IMG/VR virus record: IMGVR_UViG_3300028832_000095
Location: 1 to 64,000 of that record
DNA from: a virus
Lineage: Duplodnaviria; Caudoviricetes
DNA length: 64,000 bases
Reading direction: 5' to 3' (one strand)
The notes below the pieces were generated by a model that searched no databases, was not told the origin of the DNA, and saw only the letters and a program-made list of their open reading frames with translations. The translations under genes and the position numbers were made by a program. This document shows positions 39,211 to 48,989 of this stretch, one piece after another (within the stretch, counting starts at the first letter, position 1; each line of letters opens with the position of its first letter).

Positions 39211-42200
39211 ATGCCAAATACAAGTAATTTTTTTCCAGAAGTAAATGATTCAATTATGGAAAGTTTACCTGTAAGTAATGTTAAAGCAAGTCCATCAATA
39301 AATTCAGCAAATGATGGATCTTTTAACTCAGAAGAAAATTTAAAGTGGTCGAATAGAAAGTTAGCACAAAAACCATTTATTGTTGGGGAGACATCTGAAG
39401 ATATTCGGAAATCTTTTGCTTTTATTCAAAATGATGGTGATAACATTAGAATTTCTCCCGGTATGTTGAGTGCAGACGGATATCTTTTTAAGATATCGGA
39501 TACAGAAAATATATCTTATGATCAAGACCCGTCCGAGAATTTTAGTTTAGATGTAACAACAAAGTATATGACAAAGTTTATTCAAGGTTTAACAAAACAA
39601 ACTGACGAAGAAACAAAAATATCTACCAATATAAATGATTTTGTTTTTAGCGAGTATAGAACAAATGATCCTGAAAATGCTGAGTTTCAAACTAATTGGT
39701 TTGAAGCCTCTGCAAATGAAGGAACGCTTGTGGGTTATATTGTAAACACCTATGGTGGTATAAGTCCTGACGAATATTTTAACTCACTTGAAATCGGGGA
39801 TACAACAGACGAGGATGTTCCAGATTATGTAACATTTTCAACAAATTCTATTGTAATTGCAAATTCAAATAATTCTAATATTATGGGTTCTTTAACAGAG
39901 ATAACTGATATAGATGATATAAAGCAATTTAATGAGAATGAGTTTTTTAAGATAGGAGATCCATTTGCATTATACACTGACGGTGAGAACAAGATCATAA
40001 TATACTATCCTGTAAAGATAACATATAAGAATATTTTTAATAAAGAAACAGGGAAATATGAAAACAAATTTATGCTTGCATATACTAATATTTTTGGTTT
40101 ATTTAATTACTTCGATACTCCAATTATTGAAAGTAGAACATACCCAAATACATTTTCTTCAATGTGTACTATGAAAATAAATCATCCTCTTGATGATATT
40201 GGATTTGCTGATTGTAATAAACTAACATGGGCTAAAACAATGTATGACTTAGATATGTTTTATAGTGATAGTTATCAGAGGTATAAGAAGGAAGATTTTA
40301 ACTTATTACCACCCCCATCTTTTAATGTTCATGGAATTGCCGTTGACGGTCAAACATCTGGAATATCAACATATGATAAAATATTAAATGACATTTTTGA
40401 AAGAGAAACCGCATTATCAGTAGCAAATAAATACATACCGGAAAACTCTGATATACAATATCACGAAGGAATATTTGATTACCTTTGTATTAAAGACATA
40501 TCTAACGAATGGAAACAACAAGTTACAGTTGGAGGTGTCACAAAATATGTTCCTGTTTGCTTTATGACAGAGGACGGAATTCTTTGTCCTTATGGATTCA
40601 CATATGGAGATGATAATAGTCATGTCACGAATGATTATCCAGTTGAAGGATATTTACATTTTATAAAAAGACTATACTGCCAATACAAGTTACAAATAAC
40701 TCCTACCGAACAGGATATAAAAAATGTCACTGCAAAACAACTTACTGGATGGACTTCCGGAACACCTAATTTTTACTCCTTATATAAGAAGATCATGCCA
40801 TATATAGGATTTTATATGCAACTTTGTTATTCTTCAAACATTGATAATGTTTTATTTATCAACGAAAACACAGATTACAAGAATATGAATTTTAATGGTT
40901 GTGGTGTAGCTCTGGCAGAAGCAATATCAGAAGATCCAGAAAGTAATGATTTTTATACATACATGACAGTTACAACAAATAATGGAGCCATACAAAAAGG
41001 GGGAAGTCAGTTTACAGTCACAAGTGCCAATACTACTCAAAAATATCAAAAGGATATAAGTTCCGATAAATATAGAATAGTGAATAGAATTGATGCCTTA
41101 AATAACGGACAAACACTTGTTCCAGGTCAAATCACAGAAGATAATACAGAAAATATAAATTCTTCTGTTTATGATTATTACTCTTCCCCAGAAAAAACAG
41201 TTAATGGAACAAATGTTGAACTAATTGGAATTGAAGATCCAATCAGTTACATTAGAAGATGTTATTTTGTTTGGGACTACAATGTTTCCATAAAATCAAA
41301 AAGAGACACTTATGCCTATCTAAGAAAGAAGGATGACAATTTTACATTTACCTTATATCAACTATATTATGATGAAAACGAAGATAAATTTATACTAACT
41401 CCTGTTGATACAGATATAATGTGTAAAAATGTTCCACATTATTCCTCAAACAATCCTTCTGGAAATATCGTTATAGATGAATATCTAATGCCAAGAAAAC
41501 TGCCGAAAGAGGATTGTCCTGAATATATATATACTCCGGATGATGCTGGTTCCATAAGTAATTCTGAACCAATTTTATTTGAAGATTCTTATGATGCGTG
41601 GTTTGAAACAAAAATGCAATATAATAACACAACCCAAGAAGAATATTCAACAATTGCTAATGGTATGAACTTGTGTTGGAGACAATATTCTTGGAAAACT
41701 GCTGTACCTTATGTGGTAGAAACTCAATATGATGCATTGGGATATCTTAGAGGAAGCGATATTGAAAGTATATCTAATTATAAAGGATTAAAGATGTATT
41801 ATAAATTCCCAGAAGAAATAGAATCAGATGATCTTGTAATCTTTAATGTGTTATTTTCAAATATTGCAAGTAATGCTAATTTTGATGTTGATTCTAATAA
41901 TATTGATTTGGATACAGATTGGGAAGATTCTAATTCCAAAAGAGAAACATATATTAGTGCAAACAAAATATATGGTATGTCTAATAATATTATAAACAAT
42001 GTTACAAATATCACAAATGTAATAGGAGATCAATCAACTGACAATGTTATTCAAGCATTACCTTTCGCTGAAGTGGTATATCTAACAAGTTTTATTTCGG
42101 GTTTTGACGATTTAAGTGATGAATGGACACAACTAAGAGAAATACTTAATGATCCTACATTATCACCTAATAGTTCAAGGTTCCGTTACACTGACAAATC

Positions 42201-42840
42201 TCAACTCATTACTATTCCTTTGAGAACATATAAAAATGACTATTGTTTTGGATTAGTTACAGTAAGATCATTTGAAGACCCAATAGAACTTAAAGGAAAA
42301 GAAGACTATACACAAACAGACTTGCTTCATGTAACACTTAACAAATATCCAGTTCTTGCAAATACAGTTGATATAAATAATAATACTTACATTGATAATG
42401 ATCCAAGAACTATTGGCGGGGTATACAAAGGCGATATTATTGAAAAATCAACAAATAACATAGTTGGTACTATTTACTATAATACAGGAGAGATTGAATT
42501 TGATTCTGACATAGAAGTTACCGGAGTTTCATATTCAATGAGTGTTACATTTTCCACAGACCCTATGAATATAGACATGCAACAATATGTTGATACAAAC
42601 GGCATTAAGGAAATTCATTTTAATATTCACAACACACAATTTCATAAAACATTTGAACATAAAGTTCTTATACAAGATGATGGTATGGCTGAACCACAAG
42701 CTGTAAATATACAAGTACCATACACACCTCCTTTTGGTTATAAATATTTTACAGTTATGTTACTTCGTGTAAATGCAGAAAAATTAAAATCTTATGGTGT
42801 AAATATAGGTATTGACTCATCTATATCTGCTGATTATTAA
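39211..42840 (+). CDS. large putative baseplate / receptor-binding structural protein
   Basis: 1209 aa, last gene of tail module, N/T/Y/D-rich. Confidence 0.55.
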   Translation: MPNTSNFFPEVNDSIMESLPVSNVKASPSINSANDGSFNSEENLKWSNRKLAQKPFIVGETSEDIRKSFAFIQNDGDNIRISPGMLSADGYLFKISDTENISYDQDPSENFSLDVTTKYMTKFIQGLTKQTDEETKISTNINDFVFSEYRTNDPENAEFQTNWFEASANEGTLVGYIVNTYGGISPDEYFNSLEIGDTTDEDVPDYVTFSTNSIVIANSNNSNIMGSLTEITDIDDIKQFNENEFFKIGDPFALYTDGENKIIIYYPVKITYKNIFNKETGKYENKFMLAYTNIFGLFNYFDTPIIESRTYPNTFSSMCTMKINHPLDDIGFADCNKLTWAKTMYDLDMFYSDSYQRYKKEDFNLLPPPSFNVHGIAVDGQTSGISTYDKILNDIFERETALSVANKYIPENSDIQYHEGIFDYLCIKDISNEWKQQVTVGGVTKYVPVCFMTEDGILCPYGFTYGDDNSHVTNDYPVEGYLHFIKRLYCQYKLQITPTEQDIKNVTAKQLTGWTSGTPNFYSLYKKIMPYIGFYMQLCYSSNIDNVLFINENTDYKNMNFNGCGVALAEAISEDPESNDFYTYMTVTTNNGAIQKGGSQFTVTSANTTQKYQKDISSDKYRIVNRIDALNNGQTLVPGQITEDNTENINSSVYDYYSSPEKTVNGTNVELIGIEDPISYIRRCYFVWDYNVSIKSKRDTYAYLRKKDDNFTFTLYQLYYDENEDKFILTPVDTDIMCKNVPHYSSNNPSGNIVIDEYLMPRKLPKEDCPEYIYTPDDAGSISNSEPILFEDSYDAWFETKMQYNNTTQEEYSTIANGMNLCWRQYSWKTAVPYVVETQYDALGYLRGSDIESISNYKGLKMYYKFPEEIESDDLVIFNVLFSNIASNANFDVDSNNIDLDTDWEDSNSKRETYISANKIYGMSNNIINNVTNITNVIGDQSTDNVIQALPFAEVVYLTSFISGFDDLSDEWTQLREILNDPTLSPNSSRFRYTDKSQLITIPLRTYKNDYCFGLVTVRSFEDPIELKGKEDYTQTDLLHVTLNKYPVLANTVDINNNTYIDNDPRTIGGVYKGDIIEKSTNNIVGTIYYNTGEIEFDSDIEVTGVSYSMSVTFSTDPMNIDMQQYVDTNGIKEIHFNIHNTQFHKTFEHKVLIQDDGMAEPQAVNIQVPYTPPFGYKYFTVMLLRVNAEKLKSYGVNIGIDSSISADY

Positions 42841-42846
42841 AAACAT

Positions 42847-42882
42847 AAAACACTCTCTGAGAAATCAGGGAGTGTTTTTTTT
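42847..42882 (+). terminator. intrinsic terminator ending the structural module
   Basis: AAAACACTCTCTGA-GAAA-TCAGGGAGTGTTTT plus T-run. Confidence 0.88.
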
Positions 42883-42921
42883 ACAATTAGTAGATATCGT
42901 TAAAAAATATACAGACAAAGA

Positions 42922-42972
42922 GTTACAAATCTTAACCCTTGTAGAGCCGATCATAGTGTTAAGATTTGTAAC
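42922..42972. repeat. perfect 15-bp inverted repeat, 21-nt spacer
   Basis: GTTACAAATCTTAAC ... GTTAAGATTTGTAAC. Confidence 0.85.
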
Positions 42973-43129
42973 ATAAAATATTTATTATATACTACAAAAA
43001 CAAACACAAAAATCAATAATAAAACAATTTGTAATAATCATAATACAATAAAACATATAGTAATATAAGATATACTATATATAATACTTTTAGTTGTTTG
43101 TTCTTTTGTTTTTTAATTATAAGGCACAC

Positions 43130-43170
43130 GGTTACAGACCAATTACAGAATAGTTACAAAATAGTTACAG
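43130..43170 (+). repeat. four TTACA-core direct repeats at 11-bp period
   Basis: GGTTACAGACC AATTACAGAAT AGTTACAAAAT AGTTACAG. Confidence 0.75.
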
Positions 43171-43183
43171 TTGCAAAAAACAC

Positions 43184-43221
43184 TTGACTTTTGAAAGATA
43201 ATGTGTTATACTATATTTACA
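43184..43221 (+). promoter_or_regulatory. sigma-A-type early promoter
   Basis: TTGACT-17nt-TATACT-ATATTTACA. Confidence 0.85.
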
Positions 43222-43269
43222 AGGTTAGATAACCTAAGTCAAACAAAAAACTTTATGGAGGTAACTATT

Positions 43270-44160
43270 ATGAGAACAGCTACATGGTCTACTATCGGAA
43301 CGAAGGTTGATACTTGTGCGGATATTGCACAGGTACTTGAAAAGTCTGGACTGAACTACAAGGTTAGCAAATCCAAGATTCAGTTGCCGAACGGAATTGA
43401 GATTCCGGATCGTATGGCAACAGTAAAGGAAGACGGTTCTTATATCGGTGTTGTATCTAACGGATATGAGATTTGTCAGAACGAAGATGCCTTTGATTTT
43501 GCTAATAACATTGAGGGCATTGAATTTGAGAAAGCCGGAGAAACCGGAACTGGAATGGTCTACATTATCGGTAAACTTCCGGATGTTACAGTTCTTGGTG
43601 ATACCTTTACACCGCACCTGATTCTCCAGAACAGCCACAACGGAAGATATACTCTCAAAGCTACAATTTGTCCTCTTAGATTTGTATGTCAGAACCAGTT
43701 TTCCATTAGCTTCCGTAACATGAAAAACTCTGTGACAATCAGACATAGCAGACAGCTTGCATCTAAGATTGCACAGGCAAAACAGCTTCTTAACCAGACA
43801 GCATCGTATATGTCCGAATTCAAAGGAACTGCGGAAGATCTGGCAAGAATTAAAGTTTCTGACACTAATCTGTATCACATTGTAGATAAGTTCTTTGATA
43901 TGGCAAATGAGGAAATGACAGAAAGACAGCGGCGCGAAGTTGAAGAAAGAAGAAGTGCTTTCTTTAAGTGTTACAATGCCGACGATAATCAGAACTTCCT
44001 CGGAACAGGTTGGGGTATTGCAAATGCAATGTCCGATTATGTAACTCACAGAAACCGGAAACAGACAGCAGGAGTTAATGACACAAGATTTCTTGATGTT
44101 ACATTCGATAATATGATTATGCCGAAACTGATTCAGGCTGTCAAGGAGGTAGCCAGATGA
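43270..44160 (+). CDS. DUF932/DUF945-family phage-plasmid protein
   Basis: GVVSNGYEICQNEDAF, NSHNG, PLRFVCQNQ, IRH, GTGWGIANA..DY..H. Confidence 0.85.
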   Translation: MRTATWSTIGTKVDTCADIAQVLEKSGLNYKVSKSKIQLPNGIEIPDRMATVKEDGSYIGVVSNGYEICQNEDAFDFANNIEGIEFEKAGETGTGMVYIIGKLPDVTVLGDTFTPHLILQNSHNGRYTLKATICPLRFVCQNQFSISFRNMKNSVTIRHSRQLASKIAQAKQLLNQTASYMSEFKGTAEDLARIKVSDTNLYHIVDKFFDMANEEMTERQRREVEERRSAFFKCYNADDNQNFLGTGWGIANAMSDYVTHRNRKQTAGVNDTRFLDVTFDNMIMPKLIQAVKEVAR

Positions 44161-44193
44161 GTTAGTTAAAAAATAAAAATTATCAAAACCCTC

Positions 44194-44222
44194 TTGACAA
44201 ATTATCAATTATATGTTATACT
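44194..44222 (+). promoter_or_regulatory. sigma-A-type promoter
   Basis: TTGACA-17nt-TATACT. Confidence 0.8.
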
Positions 44223-44249
44223 ATAATCAAAATAGGAAACATATAATAT

Positions 44250-46166
44250 TTGTCAGGAGGGTTATGGTTGGTAGATATCAGAGTTAAAGATCATACTTTA
44301 TATGTTAAATCGGAGTATAATCAAAATATCGTTAAATTTATGCGATCAAGACCAGTTCGTAAATGGAACATAAATACTAGGCAATGGGAAATTCCGGAAC
44401 AAGAATTAGAAAATTTAATTCCGATATTAAATGGATTGGAGTATAAGATAAAATACGAGGAAGCTCCAAATCCAATAAAGGAAATACCAGAAACATATAA
44501 CTTCAAAACAAAGCCATTTGAACATCAAAAGGAAGCAATAGCTTATGGGTTAAAGCATAACAAGTTTCTTCTTGCTGATGAGCAAGGATGTGTTGACGGC
44601 GATATGGAAATATCATATAATCTGTCTGGATCATCACAAAAAGTTAAGCTGTCTGAATTTTACAAAACTTATCAGAAATCAAGAGTAAAAGATAAGTTTA
44701 AGGTCAGATGCCTGAAGAATAATATCTTTGGTCTGAATTCTGTTAAGAATGTTGTGTTTTCTGGAATCAAGGATGTTTACAGACTGTCAACTAATGATGG
44801 AAAATCCGTAAATGTAACATTCGATCATGAAATACTAACTGATAAAGGATTCAAGAGTTTATGTGATATTTCTGTTGGTGATACAATAATTACAAATGGC
44901 GAGGTCTTAACTTGTCCTATTTGCGGAACAACTGAAAACATTGTCACATACCCATATGCTAAGTTTTATGGATACTGCAAATCCTGTATGTACTCCCAAA
45001 GAGATGGAAAAAAGTATAATGGTGATGAGATTGGTCGTGTTGTTGGAAAAGACGGATATATCTTCCTATATGGTAAAAAATACAGAAAACATCCTAGATA
45101 CACTCCGAATGGGATACCAGAACACGTTGTTGTGGCAGAAGAGAAGATTGGTAGAATGTTAAGAGATGATGAAGTTGTGCATCATATAAATAGATGTGTT
45201 TCTGATAAATCACCAGATAATCTAATGGTTCTAACAAAACAAGAACATTATCTAATACATGATCCAGAAACGCACTTTCATAGAGATTATGTTCATTCTT
45301 CTGGTTCAACAGTTGTTGTTATTCCAAAAAAATCTACTGTATCTTCTATTGAGTATATTGGAAAAAAGGAAACATATGATATAGTCATGGAAGATCCGTA
45401 TCGTAATTTTGTTGCGAATAAGATAGTTGTTCATAATTGCGGAAAATCAAAAACAGTTCTCGATCTTGCTTGTATATTCAAACAGGAAAGAAAGTATAAG
45501 CACGTTTTAATCATCACTTGTGTAAACTCAATTAAATATAATTGGCGAAATGAAGTTCAAAAACATACAAATGAAAACGGATATATTTTAGGAACAAAGA
45601 TAACTAAAAAAGGAACAGAGTATATAGGTTCTAACGAAGATAGATTGGCAGATATACAAAGGATTGAAACAAATCCAAATTATTTCATAATTACTAATAT
45701 TGAAACTCTTAGATATAACAAGAAGATAGAAATACCCTGTAAAACAAAGAAAAATGGGGTTCAGAGGTATAAGAAAAAGACAATATTTCCAATTGTTGAG
45801 GAGTTGCAGAAGCAGTTAAAAAATGGAAATATCTCAATGATTATCGTTGATGAAATCCATCGGTGTTTGGCTCCGGAAACAAAAATAAAGACGGATAGTG
45901 GATATGTTGAAATCCAAGAAATTTTTAACAATAGAAATTATATGGTTGCTACACTGTGTTCTGATGGGGATATTGAATATGTAAAACCTAGTAACTATTT
46001 TGTAAATCCTGTTTTTGATAATATGATAAGATTATCATTTTTAACAGACGAAGGAGAAGAAAAAGAAATTGTATGTACCAAAGATCATAGATTTTTAACT
46101 AAAAATAGAGGTTATGTGTCTGCGGAAGATATAACAGAACAAGATGAGGTGGTTTGTCTTGATTAA
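44250..46166 (+). CDS. SNF2-family helicase, N-terminal half (cis HNH intein plus N-half of split intein)
   Basis: PFEHQ, LADEQG|CGKS Walker A after intein removal, IVDEIHR Walker B followed by intein start CLAPET. Confidence 0.88.
   Translation: MSGGLWLVDIRVKDHTLYVKSEYNQNIVKFMRSRPVRKWNINTRQWEIPEQELENLIPILNGLEYKIKYEEAPNPIKEIPETYNFKTKPFEHQKEAIAYGLKHNKFLLADEQGCVDGDMEISYNLSGSSQKVKLSEFYKTYQKSRVKDKFKVRCLKNNIFGLNSVKNVVFSGIKDVYRLSTNDGKSVNVTFDHEILTDKGFKSLCDISVGDTIITNGEVLTCPICGTTENIVTYPYAKFYGYCKSCMYSQRDGKKYNGDEIGRVVGKDGYIFLYGKKYRKHPRYTPNGIPEHVVVAEEKIGRMLRDDEVVHHINRCVSDKSPDNLMVLTKQEHYLIHDPETHFHRDYVHSSGSTVVVIPKKSTVSSIEYIGKKETYDIVMEDPYRNFVANKIVVHNCGKSKTVLDLACIFKQERKYKHVLIITCVNSIKYNWRNEVQKHTNENGYILGTKITKKGTEYIGSNEDRLADIQRIETNPNYFIITNIETLRYNKKIEIPCKTKKNGVQRYKKKTIFPIVEELQKQLKNGNISMIIVDEIHRCLAPETKIKTDSGYVEIQEIFNNRNYMVATLCSDGDIEYVKPSNYFVNPVFDNMIRLSFLTDEGEEKEIVCTKDHRFLTKNRGYVSAEDITEQDEVVCLD
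44589..45437 (+). mobile_element. cis intein (283 aa) with HNH endonuclease in helicase Walker A
   Basis: G|CVDGD, TFDHEILT, EHVVVAE..VHHINR..DNL..EH, TYDI..NFVANKIVVHN|C. Confidence 0.92.
45864..46163 (+). mobile_element. split intein N-fragment (100 aa)
   Basis: R|CLAPET, block B CTKDHRFLT, ends AEDITEQDEVVCLD-stop with no C-terminal blocks. Confidence 0.88.
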
Positions 46167-46335
46167 GATATGTAAGCATTGTGGAAATGAATTTATGTCT
46201 GATACAGATAGGATGTATTGTAGTGCAAAATGTCAACATAAGTCTATGGAAACACATCCGGATTGTTACAATAAAAAATGCTTGTTTTGCGGAAAACCAA
46301 TATCTTATAGGAGGGCATCTTGTGGTAGAATCTAA
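46144..46335 (+). pseudogene. Cys-rich zinc-finger remnant, likely a decayed free-standing endonuclease
   Basis: CKHC..YCSAKC..CLFC, no nuclease domain; lies between the split-intein halves. Confidence 0.5.
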
Positions 46336-46370
46336 AGAACAATTCTTTGTTTGTTGGAGGAATGATAGAA

Positions 46371-47462
46371 ATGAAATTAATAAAAAAAGAGGTAATTGAA
46401 TCAACAGGAATTGCATATGATATTGAGATACCTGAAACACATAATTATATTGTTGATGGAGGAATAGTATCACATAATTGTAAAGACCCAAACAGTCTTC
46501 AAGGCAGATCATTACTAGCATTAGACTGTGATAATAAAATAGCAATGACAGGAACTCCTGTTATGAATAATCCAATAGATTTGTATGAAATTCTATATTG
46601 GCTTGGTTATGAAAATCACAGCTTGTTTGCTTTTAGAAACCATTATTGTATTATGGGAGGTTTTGGAGATCATCAAATAGTAGGATATAAAAATCTACCG
46701 GAGTTACAGTCTGTTGTAGATAAGTGTATGCTTAGACGATTAAAAGAGGATGTATTGGATCTCCCTGAAAAAATCTATATTGACGATTTTGTTGAAATGA
46801 CAAAACCTCAAATAAAGATATATGAAGAAGTTCTCGATAGTATTATGTCTGAAATAGACAGAATAAAATTAAGTCCTAATCCATTAACAATGCTTATAAG
46901 ACTTAGACAAGTTACAGGAAATCCTTCATTACTTAGTTCTAAAATAAAGGATAATCCAAAACTTGATAGATTATTGGAAATCGTAGAAGATGTGGTAGGG
47001 AGTGGGGAAAAATGTATAGTATTTAGCAACTGGACTAATGTTATCAATCCAGCTTATGAATTACTTAAATCAAAAGGATTTGATCCTGCATTATATACAG
47101 GTGAAAATAGTAAAGATAGAGAGGCAGAAAAACAAAGGTTTAAGACGGACACAAAATGTAAAGTTATTCTTGGAACCATAGATGCTATGGGAACAGGCTT
47201 AACTCTAACAGAAGCCACAACTTGTATATTCCTAGATGAACCTTGGAACAGGGCAAAAAAAGATCAATGTGAAGACAGAATACATAGAATCGGAACAAAG
47301 AAAAAACCAAACATAATAACGCTAATGTGCAAAGGAACCATAGATGAAAAAATACATAACATCGTATACAGAAAAGGGAAGATAGCGGATATTATAATAG
47401 ATAGGGAAGAAGATATTTTTAAGAATCCTAAATTACTAAATTATCTATTATCACAAACTTAA
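46371..47462 (+). CDS. SNF2-family helicase, C-terminal half preceded by 36-aa split-intein C-fragment
   Basis: own GGAGG RBS; MKLIKKEV..YDIEI..HNY...SHN|CKD; then MTGTP, MLRRLK, GTGLTL, QCEDRIHRIG. Confidence 0.9.
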   Translation: MKLIKKEVIESTGIAYDIEIPETHNYIVDGGIVSHNCKDPNSLQGRSLLALDCDNKIAMTGTPVMNNPIDLYEILYWLGYENHSLFAFRNHYCIMGGFGDHQIVGYKNLPELQSVVDKCMLRRLKEDVLDLPEKIYIDDFVEMTKPQIKIYEEVLDSIMSEIDRIKLSPNPLTMLIRLRQVTGNPSLLSSKIKDNPKLDRLLEIVEDVVGSGEKCIVFSNWTNVINPAYELLKSKGFDPALYTGENSKDREAEKQRFKTDTKCKVILGTIDAMGTGLTLTEATTCIFLDEPWNRAKKDQCEDRIHRIGTKKKPNIITLMCKGTIDEKIHNIVYRKGKIADIIIDREEDIFKNPKLLNYLLSQT

Positions 47463-47483
47463 TTAAAAATGGAGGAATAAAGA

Positions 47484-47789
47484 ATGAGTAAAAATGAGAA
47501 GAATCTAACAGCATACCAGGTATGCAATGAATTGAATGTGAGTGTCAAAACATTAACAAATTGGTATAAATGGTATAATGATCCGTCTTTTGAAAAACCA
47601 AATAATATGCCAGCTCTACCGAAGTATGAGCAATCACATGAAAAAGGACCTAGATATTGGAGTAAAGAAGATATTAAAACTCTAAAAGTATTTAAGGAAT
47701 CACTTCCAAGAGGTAGAAATGGTATTATGGGAGAATTCAATAAGCGTTATTGGTCTACAAAGGAAAAGGAGAATAACAATGAAGGATGA
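47484..47789 (+). CDS. MerR-like HTH DNA-binding protein
   Basis: LTAYQVCNELNVSVKTLTNW...RYWSKEDI. Confidence 0.75.
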   Translation: MSKNEKNLTAYQVCNELNVSVKTLTNWYKWYNDPSFEKPNNMPALPKYEQSHEKGPRYWSKEDIKTLKVFKESLPRGRNGIMGEFNKRYWSTKEKENNNEG

Positions 47790-48198
47790 GATTATTCTTA
47801 CACAAGAAGAAAAAGAAAATCTTGAATCTCTGTGTGAGGACTATAATGTAGCGTGTGAGGAAGCATCTTCTTACGATAATAAGAAGAAAGCCCTAAACGG
47901 TTATATCAAACAAACAATGGCGGATTATGGAATTGATCAGTTTGTTTCTTCTACAGGTCTTAGTCTGAGTATTTCAACAAGACCAAATGTTAGTTGGAAT
48001 GAGGATGCTCTAACCGTGTATTGTGAAACACTTAATCATCCTGATCTTGTAAAGACAAAAAAGTATGTAGACTTTGATGTATTAGAAGCACTTATATATA
48101 ATGGAATTGTAAAACCGGAAGATTTAAAACCGTTCAGACAGGAAAAACCTGATATTGTTACATTAAAATGCACACAAAAGAAAATCCTAAAAGAATGA
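47779..48198 (+). CDS. hypothetical protein (helical N-terminus, beta C-terminus; similar layout to 54062)
   Basis: AAGGAG RBS, 139 aa. Confidence 0.65.
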   Translation: MKDEIILTQEEKENLESLCEDYNVACEEASSYDNKKKALNGYIKQTMADYGIDQFVSSTGLSLSISTRPNVSWNEDALTVYCETLNHPDLVKTKKYVDFDVLEALIYNGIVKPEDLKPFRQEKPDIVTLKCTQKKILKE

Positions 48199-48234
48199 TT
48201 GTTTTGTAAAAAACATAGAACCATAAAATACCTA

Positions 48235-48263
48235 TTGACTTTTTATTAGATTTGTGCTATACT
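48235..48263 (+). promoter_or_regulatory. sigma-A-type promoter of initiator operon
   Basis: TTGACT-17nt-TATACT with TG extension. Confidence 0.8.
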
Positions 48264-48280
48264 AATAACAACAAGGAAAC

Positions 48281-48402
48281 AGTATGTCGGGCGGATATAC
48301 TACTTCTTGATATAAGTTAGCATTCAGATGCTGCCATCTGTTTACTATACAATTATACATTATCACCCTGTAAGGTGCCGCCCGCCCTTATAGGGTGATT
48401 TT
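48281..48402 (+). promoter_or_regulatory. structured 5' leader: two hairpins with complementary loops
   Basis: AGTATGTC-GGGCG-GATATACT and ATCACCCTGTAAGG-TGCCGCCCGC-CCTTATAGGGTGAT. Confidence 0.6.
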
Positions 48403-48427
48403 GTATACAATTTTGGAGGTTCAATGT

Positions 48428-48958
48428 ATGACACCAACTGAATATGAAATTATTGAAGATAAAAATGTAAGTATTACTAAAAAGAAACAAATCATTGATA
48501 AATATAAAAGTAAAGCAGATAAGCTGGATCAGAAAATTAGTGAAGAAATTCTACAAGGTGCTACGGATGAATTTCGTAAAAACTATGTTCCATTTCCGAT
48601 AAATAAAATTCCTTCACCAGTAAGAATCCCTTGTTGGATGTTCAAGGAATTCAAGTATGATCCTGATTTTCAGTTATCGGATATTGAGAAGGTAACATTG
48701 GCTCATGTTATTCATTTCACAAGACCTGATAATCCAACTGGATATATGGAATGTTCTGGGGATATTGAAAATTGGTGTAAGGTATCCCCATCTGTTGTCC
48801 ATGAAACACTTATGAATCTTGTGAAGAAGAATTTGATATTTGAAAAAGAAGCACCGGAAGAGATGAGAATGGGTCATGAAAGAAAAAGTTGCTACACTGT
48901 AAACGTAGATTATATGCATACAATATTATCTACCTATAATACAGATATTTGGATTTGA
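48428..48958 (+). CDS. winged-HTH protein, paralogous to initiator N-terminus
   Basis: LSDIEKVTL...DIENWCKVSPSVVHETLMNLVKKNLI. Confidence 0.7.
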   Translation: MTPTEYEIIEDKNVSITKKKQIIDKYKSKADKLDQKISEEILQGATDEFRKNYVPFPINKIPSPVRIPCWMFKEFKYDPDFQLSDIEKVTLAHVIHFTRPDNPTGYMECSGDIENWCKVSPSVVHETLMNLVKKNLIFEKEAPEEMRMGHERKSCYTVNVDYMHTILSTYNTDIWI

Positions 48959-48989
48959 TGTAAATTATAAGTTTTGGAGGCGGTGTTTT

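Noticed and set aside
43234-44208. 324-aa minus-strand ORF
   Set aside because: Antisense shadow of the well-supported DUF932 gene; no motifs or RBS. The same applies to the other minus-strand ORFs in the track.
46164-46370. Helicase break as a sequencing error or stop-codon readthrough
   Set aside because: Multiple TAA stops, a dedicated RBS for IntC, and a break at the usual split-intein position.
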